DNA from: the human T2T-CHM13v2.0 reference genome, Homo sapiens
Assembly (NCBI RefSeq): GCF_009914755.1
Contig: NC_060932.1
Length of the DNA: 64,000 bases
Direction: 5' to 3' (one strand)
Part shown: in pieces, positions 53,170-64,000 of the stretch
How the letters are laid out: the number at the start of each line of letters is the position of its first letter
Numbering within the stretch: position 1 is the first letter of the stretch
Position numbers and translations under genes: made by a program
The notes under the pieces: generated by a model
Database searches by the model: none
What the model was told of the DNA's origin: nothing
Seen by the model: the letters and a program-made list of their open reading frames with translations, nothing else

Positions 53170-54541
53170 GATGACAACAGCAAGATGACAGAGACGTTAG
53201 GATTATATAATAGAGATTTTTAAAGAACATCATAAAAATGCCTCAGGAAACAATCACAAACAAGCTGGAAATAACTTTTTTAAACCAGCCTTAAAAAACA
53301 AATAGGAAATATAAAAAACACCCAAACAGAAACTTTAGAACTGAAAAATACTTATCTACTGAAGTAAAAAAAACTCAATGTATGGGTCAGTGGCAGGATG
53401 GAGAGGACAACAGAAAAATAAGTGCACTTGATGAAGAGCAGTAGATATTACTCAATCTGAACCACAGAGAGAAGAACATAGACATTAAAATATACACCGA
53501 GTCTCAGGGACTTGTGTGACCATAACAAAATATCTGGTATTTTTTTTTCAACACAGTCCTAGGAAGAGAGGAGAAAAAAAGGATGAGGCTAAAAAGTCTT
53601 TAAAGAAACAATGACTGAAAACTTCCAATTTTGGCCAAAGAAATAAATCTACAGATTCAAGTTGCTGAGTGAGCCCTAAACAGGGTAAACTCAAAGAAAT
53701 CTAAATCAAGATACTTCATATTCAAATATCAGAAAACTAAAAAAAAAGAAAATCTCGAAAGCAGTGACAGAGGAAAGAGAGCTCAAAGAATCATAGGTAT
53801 GACAGCAGATTTCTCATCAGAAACCACAGACGCAAAAGGAATTGGTACATTTTTCCAGTGGTGAAAGGAAAGATTTGTCAACCCAGAATCCTATATCTAG
53901 CTAAAGTACTCTTCAGGAATAAAGGGTAAACCAAGACATTCTCAGATGAGGGGAAATCAAGAGCATTTGTCAACAGCAGAGCTATTTTGAAGGAATGGTT
54001 AAATGAAATTCTCTAAGAGGAAAGAAAATAATACAAGAAGGAAATATGAGGCGTCGAGAAGAAAGAATAATAGAGTAAAAATCATGGATAAATACCTTTT
54101 ACCTTTTCTCTTCAGCATCCTAAATTATGGTTGATAACTGAATAAAAAATAATAGCATTTTCTGAAGTAATTCTCAATGTATGTAGAGAAAATAGTTAAG
54201 ACAATTATATTATAAATCAGGGAGGGTAAAGGGACTTAAGAGGAGGAAAGATTTTTATACTTAAATAGAATGATACTTGAGGAGAATGTGATAAATTATG
54301 TATATGTATTTAATACCTGAGCACCCACTAAAAAAGCTGCACAAAGACATAAGAACACTAACAGATAAATCAAAGTAAAATTCTAAAAAATGTACAAGTA
54401 ACCAACAGGAAGGTAGAAAAAAGAGAAAGCACAGAAAAGGGAGAAAATAAACAGAAAAAAAATTAAAATGTGAAACTTAAACCCAATATATCAATAATTA
54501 CATTAAATAAAAATAGTCTAAACACACTGATTAAAAGACAA

Positions 54542-54883
<342 letters not shown>

Positions 54884-56989
54884 TCAAGTAAAATGATATG
54901 AAAGTAAAAGTATGAAAAAAGTTAGGTCATGCAAACATCAATCAAAAGAAAACAGGAATGGTTCTATTAATATCAGATAAAGTAGGCTTCCAAACAAAAA
55001 CAATGACTAAAGTTAGGGAAGAATATTTTATAATTATTTTAAAAAGGTCAGTCCACCAAGAAGACATAGAAATCTTAAATGTATGCATCAAGAAACAGAG
55101 CTAGAAAACATGCGAAGCAAAAAATAGAACTGACGAGAGAAACAGATAAATGCATAGTTATAGTTAAAGATTTTAATACCCTTTTCTCAACAATTGATGG
55201 AAGACCTAAACAGAAAATCACCCAAGAAATAGAAGAACTCAATAACTTCATAAAACAACACAGTCTAACTCACATTATTAGAACACTGCTCCAAAAAAAA
55301 AAAAAAAACAAACAAAAAAACTCAATTCACATCCTTTTTGAGTTCCCTGAGAATACATATCAAGATAGATCATGTCCTGAGCTATAAAGAATCCTCAACA
55401 ATTTAAAATATTGAAATCATACAGAGTATATTTCCTGAACACACACAAAAAACCAATAGCAAAAAGATAACAGGAGAATATCTAAACACTTGGAAACCAA
55501 ACAACGTACTTACAAACAATCCCTGAGTCAGAAAATCTGAAAAGAGCTAAAAAAAAATCGGACTAAATCAAAGTGAAAATACAACATCAAAAATTAATGG
55601 GATATAGATAAGGTAGTATAGAAAGGAAAATCTATCATATGACATGCTTACATTATAAAAGAGCAAAAGTTTTGAGTTAATAATCAAAACAACCACTTCA
55701 GAAACATAGAATACAAGAGCAAAATGAACTCAAAGCAAGAAGAAAATAATAAAAATAAGCAAAACTTAATGAAATTCAAAACAGATAAACAACAGAAAAT
55801 CAGAGAACTAAAAAAAAGCTGATTATTTTAAAAAATTAATAAAATTGAAAAACCTCTACCAAGACTGACAAAGAACAAAAGAGAGAAAACACAAATACCA
55901 ATATGAGAAAATCACTACAAATCCTGCAGACATTAAAAGGATACTAACAGAACACAACAAACAATTCTACACATATATATTTGACAAATTAGAAAAAATG
56001 GACAACTTCCTCAAAAAGCACAAACTATCAGTTCACTCAGTGTGAAAGAGATAATGTGAATAGTGCTATAACTATTTAAAAAATTGAATTCAGAACTTAA
56101 ACATTCTTGAAAAAGAAATCTCCAGGCTCATGTTGTGTCACTGAGGAATTTTATCAGACATTTAATGACAAATTTAATACCAAATCTACACAATCTCTTC
56201 CAGAAAAATAACAGAGAAAGAATACTTCTCGATTCACTTTACAAAGTTAGTATTAATGCGATACCAAAACCTGAGAGATAGTAAGAAAAAAGGAAACAAC
56301 ATATCAATAACCCTCATGAATATGGATACACAAATTGTCAAGAAAATATTAGCAATATATTTGAGCAATATATTTAAGAATTATACTCCATAATATAGGG
56401 AAGTGTATTTCAGGAATACAAAAGTAGTTCAATATTCAAAAATTAATGAATAAAATCCACTCTCTACATATTTATGTGTGTATATATGCATTTATATATG
56501 TATGTATTTGTGTATATATGTATATAGAGAGGGTGGATTTTATTTATTACTTTGAAAAGATCAATATAATTGAAAAACCTCTGGCAAGACTGACAAAGAA
56601 CAAGAGAGAGAAAACACAAGTACCAATATGAAAAAATCACTACAAATACATATATTTTATATATATATATAAAATCTATCTATCTACATATATATATATA
56701 TATAATCAGGCTAAAAAAGAAGTTATATAGTCACAGCAATAAATAAGGAAAAAACCTTTGACTAAATTCTATGCCCATTCATGATCAAAGCTCCAGGAAA
56801 ATAGAACTGTAGGGAAATTTCCTTCACTTGGTAAAGAGTTTGACAAAAAACCTACAGGTAATCTTATCAGTAATGGTTTAAGACTGAATCCTTCCCTCTA
56901 AGGTCAGGAGCAAGGCAGGAATGTCTGCTCTTACCACTCCATTGGAAGATCTAGGCAATGAAAACAGATTGGGAAAAATAACATACAAA

Positions 56990-57018
56990 TAAGAAAGAAA
57001 GAGAAAGAAAAGAAAGAA

Positions 57019-57094
<76 letters not shown>

Positions 57095-57272
57095 GGAAGG
57101 AAGGAAGGAAGGAAGGAAGGAAGGAAGGAAGGAAGGAAGGAAAGAAAGAAAGGAAAGAAAGAAAAGAAAGAAAAAGAGAAAGAAAGAAAGAAAAAGAAAG
57201 AAAGAAAGAAGGAAAGAAAGAAAGAGTGAGAGAGAGAGAAAGAAAGAGAAAGAAAGAAGGAAAGAAAGAAAA
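56990..57272 (+). repeat. Polypurine compound microsatellite with (GAAA)18 and (GGAA)12
   Basis: GAAA run at 57021-57092 and GGAA run at 57095-57142; the strand is almost pure purine. Confidence 0.97.
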
Positions 57273-58954
57273 TATATTCCTGTTTACAGATAATATGCTT
57301 ATGTATGTAAAACATTTCAAAGAATCTACTCCCCAAAATAATCTTAGAATTTAAAAAGTGAGATCAGCAAGGTCACAGTATACAAGGGAATATGAAAATC
57401 AATTGCATTACTAGTTTCTGGCAATGAAAATGTCAACACTGAAATTATACTAAAAAGCAATACTCTTTGCAGTCACTTGAAAACAAAATACCTAGGTATA
57501 AACCTACCAAAAGCTTTAGATAATGTTTATTTTAAAACTATAAAACACTGATTTTAAAAAATTAAACAGATCTAAATAAATGGAGACTTACCTTGTTCAT
57601 GAATTTAAAGTTTCATAGAGTAAATATGTCATTTAGCCCCAAACTGCCATACAAATTTAAAACAATCTATAAAAATTCAAGCAAGACTTTTGTACATGTA
57701 GACAAAATTATTTTATGTTTTAATGGAAAGGCAAAGAATCTAGACTAACTAAAAATTTTGAAAAAAAATAAAATGGAAGGAAACTGTCTACCTGGCTTCA
57801 GGATGTATTATTTAGCTATAGTAATCAAGATTATTTGGCAAAGGGGTAAGCATATAGGTAAATGTAATAAAATAGAGAGCCTAGAAATAGACCTGCAAAA
57901 TATAGCCAACTTATTTTTGACAAAGGTGCAGAAGCAATTCAGTGGAGGAAAGAAAGCATCTTAACAACAGGTGCTGATGCAACTGAACATTCATGGCAAA
58001 AACACGAGCCTTGATCTAAGCCTCACACCTTTTACAAAAACTAACTCTATGTGGGTTGCAGAATTAAATGTAAATATGTAAACTATAAATCTTTTAAGAA
58101 AAAAAGTTAGGAGAAAATCTTCTGGATGGATAGGCAGGAAAAGAACTGTGAGACTTGACACCAAAGGTGTAACCCATAGAAAAGAACTTTGATAAATTGA
58201 ACTTCATCAAAATGAAAACACCTGCTCTTCAAAAGACCCTGTTAAGAAGACTAAAAGTAAGTTACAGACTGGAAGAAAATATTTGAAAAGTACATATCTG
58301 ATAAAGGACTAATCTCCAGAATATATAAACTCTCCAAACTTAACAGTACAAAACCCCACAATCTCATTAGAAGTTAAGCAAAAGACATGAGCAGACATGA
58401 ATAGAAGATAAACAGATGGTAAATGTTCATGACAGATGTTCAACATCATTAGCCATCAGAGAAGTATAAACTAGAACTGCAATGAGATATTCCTATACAC
58501 ATATCTGAACGGCTAAAATTAAAAATAGTGACAATGCAAAATGTTGGCAGGGGTACAGAGAAACTGGATCACATACTGGTGAGAATATAAAATGGTACAG
58601 CTCCTCTGGAAAACAATTTATCAGTGTCTTTAAAACCAAACATCCAATTACCATGTAACCCAGCAATCACACTCCAGGATGTTTATTCTAAAGAATAAAA
58701 AATTTAAATTCACCCAAAAATAGTTGTGTAAATTTTTATTTATGTGTGAAGCAATGTTAATCACCACCATAAAGATTTTAATTCTTAATAGCCAGAAACT
58801 GGAAATAACTCAGATGTCTTTCAATAGGTGAACGGTTAAACAAACTGGTATATTGATATCATGGAATATTACTCAGCAATAAAAAGTAATAAACTATTGA
58901 TATTACGCAAAAACCAGGATGACTCTCCAGAGAATGATGCTGATGAAAAAAGGC

Positions 58955-59132
58955 TTTTTGTCCTTGTGATAGTTTGCTGAGAATGATGGTTTCCAGTTGA
59001 CGAGTTAATGGGTGCAGCACACCAACATGGCACATGTATACATATGTAACAAACCTGCACATTGTGCACATGTACACTAAAACTTAAAGTATAATAATAA
59101 TAAAATTAAATAAATAAATAAATAAATAAAAA
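58955..59132 (+). mobile_element. Tiny 5'-inverted L1PA insertion
   Basis: Antisense L1PA piece at 58955-58996, sense 3' end and A-rich tail at 58997-59132; TSD GAAAAAAGGC at 58945-58954 and 59133-59142. Confidence 0.9.
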
Positions 59133-60332
59133 GAAAAAAGGCAATCACAAAAGGTTATATATTTTATGTTTCCATTTAAATAACATTTTTAAATAAAACT
59201 GTGGAAATGGAGAATTGACTGGTAGTTGCCAGGATTTGAAGAAGGTGTGGGCAGAGGGAAGCGAATGCAGCTATAAAAGAGCAACATGAGGGACCTTGGG
59301 TGATAGAAATGTTCTTTATCTTGACTGTATCAATGCCAGTATTCTGGTCATACATTCCATTATATTTTTGCTATATTTATCATCAGTAGAAACTGGATAA
59401 ATAGTAGATGTTATCTCTCTGCGTATTATTTCTTACAGTGGCATGTGAATTTATAATTATCTCAGAATAAAACATTTTATTTAAAAAATGTCTGTTGAAT
59501 GAATGTAGATTGAAATGAATGAATAAGTTAACTGAAATCATTTTCCCTGTAACTGTATCTAAGTCCAAATTCCATTCTCTGGAACTACTAAGATTAATTT
59601 AATCCATTTTATCATACAAAACCAATTTGTTCCACACATCTGTTCATTAGACTTTTGAATATCATGTTCCACCAAAGTCATCCATTCTACAGATTAAAAA
59701 TACAGTTGATGTACATAATAATTTATTTAACATGTGTAAGTACCAGAGACTGCATACCATTGCCTGGAAGACAAAAGTAGCTAAAAAATTCCTTGATACC
59801 AAGTAGCTTATCACTTTGTAGAATAGAAGGATACAACAGCTATATGACAAACTCAAATATTGAAATCAGAGGGAGAGAAAAAGAAATAACGTCTCACATG
59901 TGAGAAATAACTCTGGTTGGGGAAATCTAGAAAAGTTACATAAAGGATGTGAGCTGCTGGCTGTTCATGAAATAGATGCATAATAGAAGGCAAACTCCAT
60001 AGATATTTTTTTGCATAATTAGCAAATATACAATGCAAAACAGTGCTGAGTCTATTTCTCCCTCTCTTTTCGCAAACCTGAAAAGGATTCTCTCACTATG
60101 GACCTTACCCTAGTGAGTAGGCAACAGGCAGAAAGGTGGCTGATTAGGAGAACTGGTCTTGAGTAGCCTGAAATCAAAGAAAAATCAGGAAATAGGAAGG
60201 AGTGAGAAAAACGTCTGGAGGAAAAGAAATCTTGTAGCCTTGGATCATTCTGGTTAGGGTAACAGTATGACTGATTCCAATCATCTGTAAGGTTGACCTT
60301 GTATTACCAAACAGCTTCATAAAAGCATATGC

Positions 60333-60633
60333 TTGGGAGGCCAAGACGGGCAGATTGCCTGAGCTCAGGAGTTCAAGACCAGCATGGACAACATGGCAAA
60401 ACCCTATCTCTACTAAAAATACAAAAAAATTAGCTGGGCATGGTGGCATGTGTCTGTAATCCCAGCTACTCAAGAGGTTAAGGCACAAGAATTGCTTGAA
60501 CCTGGGAGGCGGAGGTTGCAGTGCAGTGAGCTGAGATCGCACCACTGCACTCCAGCCTAGATGACAGAGTGAGACCCTGTCTCTAAATAAATAAATAAAT
60601 AAATTTTAAAAATTAAAAATTAAATTAGAAAAT
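60333..60633 (+). mobile_element. 5'-truncated AluS
   Basis: Starts TTGGGAGGCCAAG; TSD-like aaa(g/a)catatgc on both sides. Confidence 0.93.
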
Positions 60634-61162
60634 AAAACATATGCACCAGAAAAAGAAATGAAATAAGTTATCTTCGTGAGAAATTCATGAAAGCATAAAA
60701 TTAGGTATCAAAGAGTTTGAGTCAAATTGAAACACCTGTGTTCATCAGGGATACTGGCTTGCAATTTTCTTTTCTTGTAGCATCCTTGCCTGGCTTTGAT
60801 TTCAGAGCAATTCTGGTCTCATAAAAGCAGTTTGGAAGTATTCCTTAATATTAAATCTTTCAAAAGATTTTGAGAAGGATTGGCATTAGTCCTTGAAATG
60901 TTTGGTAGAATTCAGCAGTGAAGCCATGAGGTCCTCAGCTTTTGATGGGAGATGTTTCATTACTGATGCAATCTGCTTATTCATATGCCTGTTCAGATTT
61001 TCTATTTCTCCCTCATCAATCTTTTTTTACCTGTCACAGAAAAATTTAATTACATGGAACACATGGGAATATATTAGGATTTTTTTAAAGCAGGCTACAA
61101 AATGATATAATTTTTTAAATGTATGTGTATATATAAGAAGTATACTTTTAAGTTTCCTATGG

Positions 61163-61487
61163 AGCTATGGACTGAATTGCATCACCTCAAAATTCATATG
61201 TTGAAGCTCTAACCTCAAATGTGAGTATATTTGGAGATAGGACTTTTATAAAATAGAGTTAATGAGGTCATGGGTTGGGATGCTAATCCTACAGGATTAT
61301 TACAAAGCACATGTACTGAGGAAAGAGGGTGGCTGTCTGCAAGGAAGAAAGCACTCACTAGAACTTGACTATGCTAGCACTCTGATATCAGGCTTCCAGA
61401 CTCCAGAACTGGGAGAAAATCAGGGTTTGTTGGTTGAGCCATCTAGTCTATGGTATTTTGTTATGGTATCCTGAGCCGATCAAGATA
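61163..61487 (+). mobile_element. MLT1A-like LTR (inside the putative retrocopy)
   Basis: GCTATGGACTGAATTG...AAATTCATATGTTGAAGC...GTCTATGGTATTTTGTTATGG. Confidence 0.8.
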
Positions 61488-61883
61488 TACAGTAAATGTA
61501 TGTTATTCTCATGACTAGAAAAAGATCTTTTCAGCAACAGCAACAACTTTGAAAGGCTCTGACAGGTAAATTTTATTTAAAAAGTGTTGCACACAAAAAC
61601 ACTTGTCTATATTCAGGGTCATAGAGTTCTTTTGAAGGACAATGTTATGATACTTTATAAGAAATCCTACATTACCTTATCTGATGCTTAGTAACACTGA
61701 TATTTATCACTTATTACTCCCTCTTACTCTTGATTTTATGATTTGAGCAGATAGAATGTAAAATGATGTTTTTTTAAATGACTTCATCAATTATGATAAA
61801 ATTATATGCTTTAAATTCCTCAAAAGTAAGACACTACAGTTATCCTATGTTAAAGCAGTCTTTTGAAATTAGTCTTATGTAAC

Positions 61884-62006
61884 TAGAATGACCACATGCT
61901 TGACTTGCTTGGGACGGCCTAGGTTTATACTCTATACTGGCATAATTGTTAGCAGTGCCAGCTTTCACTCTCAAAAAAAAAATCCTGGTAAACGATGGCT
62001 GATCTA
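61884..62006 (+). mobile_element. MER94-like MITE
   Basis: TAGAATGACCACATG...GGGACGGCC...CTTTCACTCTCAAAA. Confidence 0.55.
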
Positions 62007-62232
62007 CACATAATCAATTGCAGAATAGGATAGTTACATTGAAGGAATTTTATAAATGTAGTGTTTCATCTGGGGAAGGAAATACCATCTAGCACTAAAA
62101 TCTGAAAAATATGGTTGTCACAGTATATAATATTCAATTATTTAAATATTTTTCTCACAGGGAACCAAAGTAAATTTTGTGAGTGAATTGAAAAGTACTA
62201 AGAACAAGGTGCCAAAATATTTTTTAGGTGAT

Positions 62233-62444
62233 TGTGTTAGTCCATTGGCATCGCTTTAAAGGAATATCTGAGGCTGGGTAATTTATAAAGAAGAGAGTTT
62301 TATTTTGGCTCCCAGTTCAGCAGGTTGTATGAGGAACATGGCGCCAGCATCTGCTTGGCTTCTGGTGAGGGCTACAGGAAGCTGACCATCGTGGTGGAAG
62401 GCAAAGGGGGACCCAGCATCACATATGGAGAAAGGAAGCAAAAG
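62233..62444 (-). mobile_element. 3' half of an MSTA/B LTR
   Basis: TGTGTTAGTCC...GCTGGGTAATTTATAAAG...CATGGCGCCAGCATCTGCTTGGCTTCTGGTGAGG; ends abruptly at 62444. Confidence 0.88.
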
Positions 62445-62689
62445 CTTCCTTATCAATCTTGAAAGGTTGCATGTTTCTAGAAATCTCTTTCTTCTAGGTT
62501 ATCAAATTTTGGGGTGTATAGTTGTTCATAGCAGTTTCATTATCTTTTGCATTTCTGTGGTATTAGTTGTAATGTCTCCTCTTCCCTCCTCAAAATTCCT
62601 GAATCTCATTCTGGACATTTTGACTCCAAATGCATAGGACATAGTAACTTACTATTAAAATATTAAGATAGAAAATAAATGAATAATGT

Positions 62690-62900
62690 TCCTCTACTAT
62701 ATCAGTTCATAGATTTTATGAGGACAGAGCCAAATCTTTTTTGCTCACCACGACATAACTAGAGCCTAGTATAGTACTTCCATGGTAGGTGTTTATTACA
62801 TTATTGTTGGATGGATGAATAGATAAATAGATGGATAGATGGATATTAGATAGATAGACTGTTGGATGGATGGACAGATGGATGAACACATGGATGAAAA
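62690..62900 (+). mobile_element. L2 3' end with (GGAT/AGAT)n tail
   Basis: TGAGGACAGAG...AGAGCCTAG...GGTAGGTGTTT...GGATGGATGAAT. Confidence 0.65.
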
Positions 62901-64000
62901 CTAAAATTTCTTAATCAAAATATGCTGACAAAGTAATTATATGTCAAGATTATAAAGTAATGCTACCTAATTTTCACGAAGAGAAAATAGTTGCCAGTAC
63001 AGAGAGAAAAGATAGACGTATAGGAAGGCTGGATGAGTCGCCCAAAGAGGACCTTCCAGAGGTTCCTCAACTTGGCCTACAAAATGAATTTAGTCAGAGC
63101 ATCTAAATATATTTTATTCTTTTGGAAACTAATTTTCCCTATCCAAAGTCATAAAAAAATCAATAAATCAATTAATTAATAAGATATGTTACTTCCTTGA
63201 AGATTGGGCTATTTTTCTCAGGTAGTCAGCATATTCTTTCCTTGATGGCAAATCTGTACAAGATGACAATCAGGATGCTTGATGAAAACGGATTCAGAGC
63301 TAGATGATGCTAATGCTTGTTCTCATTGAGTTATGATCATTTGATGCAGCTATTTCTCTAAGTGGGTAAACCTGCTGAGTGACCAGTCCACCCCACTCTG
63401 TAAGGCAGGGAATACTTTCCCAGGCAGGGTAGGAGAGGTGTCACTGCTCTTCACTCCCACCCCAGACTGCCTGCTCTGCTTCTGTTCCTACAATTTTTCT
63501 TAGAAGGGCCTGGTATTTTCATATTTGTGTTCTTGGTAAAATTAATTGCTGTGTTCATCTATTCCATATATAAAACCTTACAGGTTTGTTGCACAGATTA
63601 CTGACAATGTACATCTCTAATAACATAGTAGGTAAAAATAAGTGATCTGTTATGTGATCATCAGAGTCATGCAGCGGGACGTATTTTCAGGAAGACACAA
63701 TATCCCAACATAATACAGTTGCCAAGAGAGTATGTGAAGGTGGCAATTCAGAAGGATATCAAATGCCACATACCAGGAACTTTAGAACTCAGAGTTTGAG
63801 GAGGTGATTGTCATGAAGGCTGAAGATATAAATAAAGTTGAATCTTATATGTTCTGTTAATGAGATTTTACTTCATCCCAAAAACAATGGGAGCCATTGA
63901 AGAACCCTAAGAAGAGTGGGCTAATCAAGTCTTTTTTTTAGAAAAGATGACTAGTCGCCCTTCAGAGATTTAGAAAGGGAAAGATTTGGACAAAGAAATA

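Larger units (their letters stand above)
61024..62444 (-). pseudogene. Putative retrocopy of an LTR-initiated non-coding transcript
   Basis: 16-bp TSD with 2 mismatches; 5' end inside an MST LTR; ATTAAA about 16 nt before a short A tract. Confidence 0.65.
60735..62590 (-). mobile_element. Old L1 ORF2 fragment split in two (60735-61023 and 62445-62590)
   Basis: Antisense L1 ...CAGATTTTCTATTTCT...CAATCTT continues collinearly as CAATCTTGAAAGGTTGCATGTTTCTAG 1.4 kb downstream. Confidence 0.8.

Noticed and set aside
56878-57336. Phe/Leu/Ser-rich ORFs resembling membrane proteins
   Set aside because: Translations of the (TTTC)n/(TTCC)n microsatellite.
63193-63254. Possible minus-strand exon encoding LPSRKEYADYLRKIAQSSR
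   Set aside because: Weak donor (GAA|GTAACA), no recognisable homolog and no partner exons.

Overview
Repeat-dense hominid (most likely human) genomic DNA; an SVA is present, which restricts it to hominids. No protein-coding gene can be supported: the listed ORFs are L1, Alu, SVA or low-complexity artefacts. A few weak splice-site-bounded segments might belong to non-coding transcripts. The window is dominated by interspersed repeats: about 12 Alus, a full-length SVA with a perfect TSD, old L1M fragments, L2/MIR, MaLR and ERV1 LTRs, and Tigger/hAT MITEs. There is also a three-level nest: a two-LTR MaLR provirus, containing a full-length L1PB, containing a tailless 5S rRNA retrocopy. The most notable structures are: (1) a TSD-flanked 1.4-kb insertion that looks like a retrocopy of an MST-LTR-initiated, polyadenylated read-through transcript (61024-62444); (2) an orphan array of about 3.7 monomers of ~175 bp with weak alpha-satellite-like motifs inside the MaLR (32562-33228); (3) four separate locally templated duplications or inversions; (4) an Alu and an SVA inserted head-to-head at the same palindromic TTTAAA site. 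All subfamily names come from remembered consensus sequences and need RepeatMasker/Dfam confirmation.
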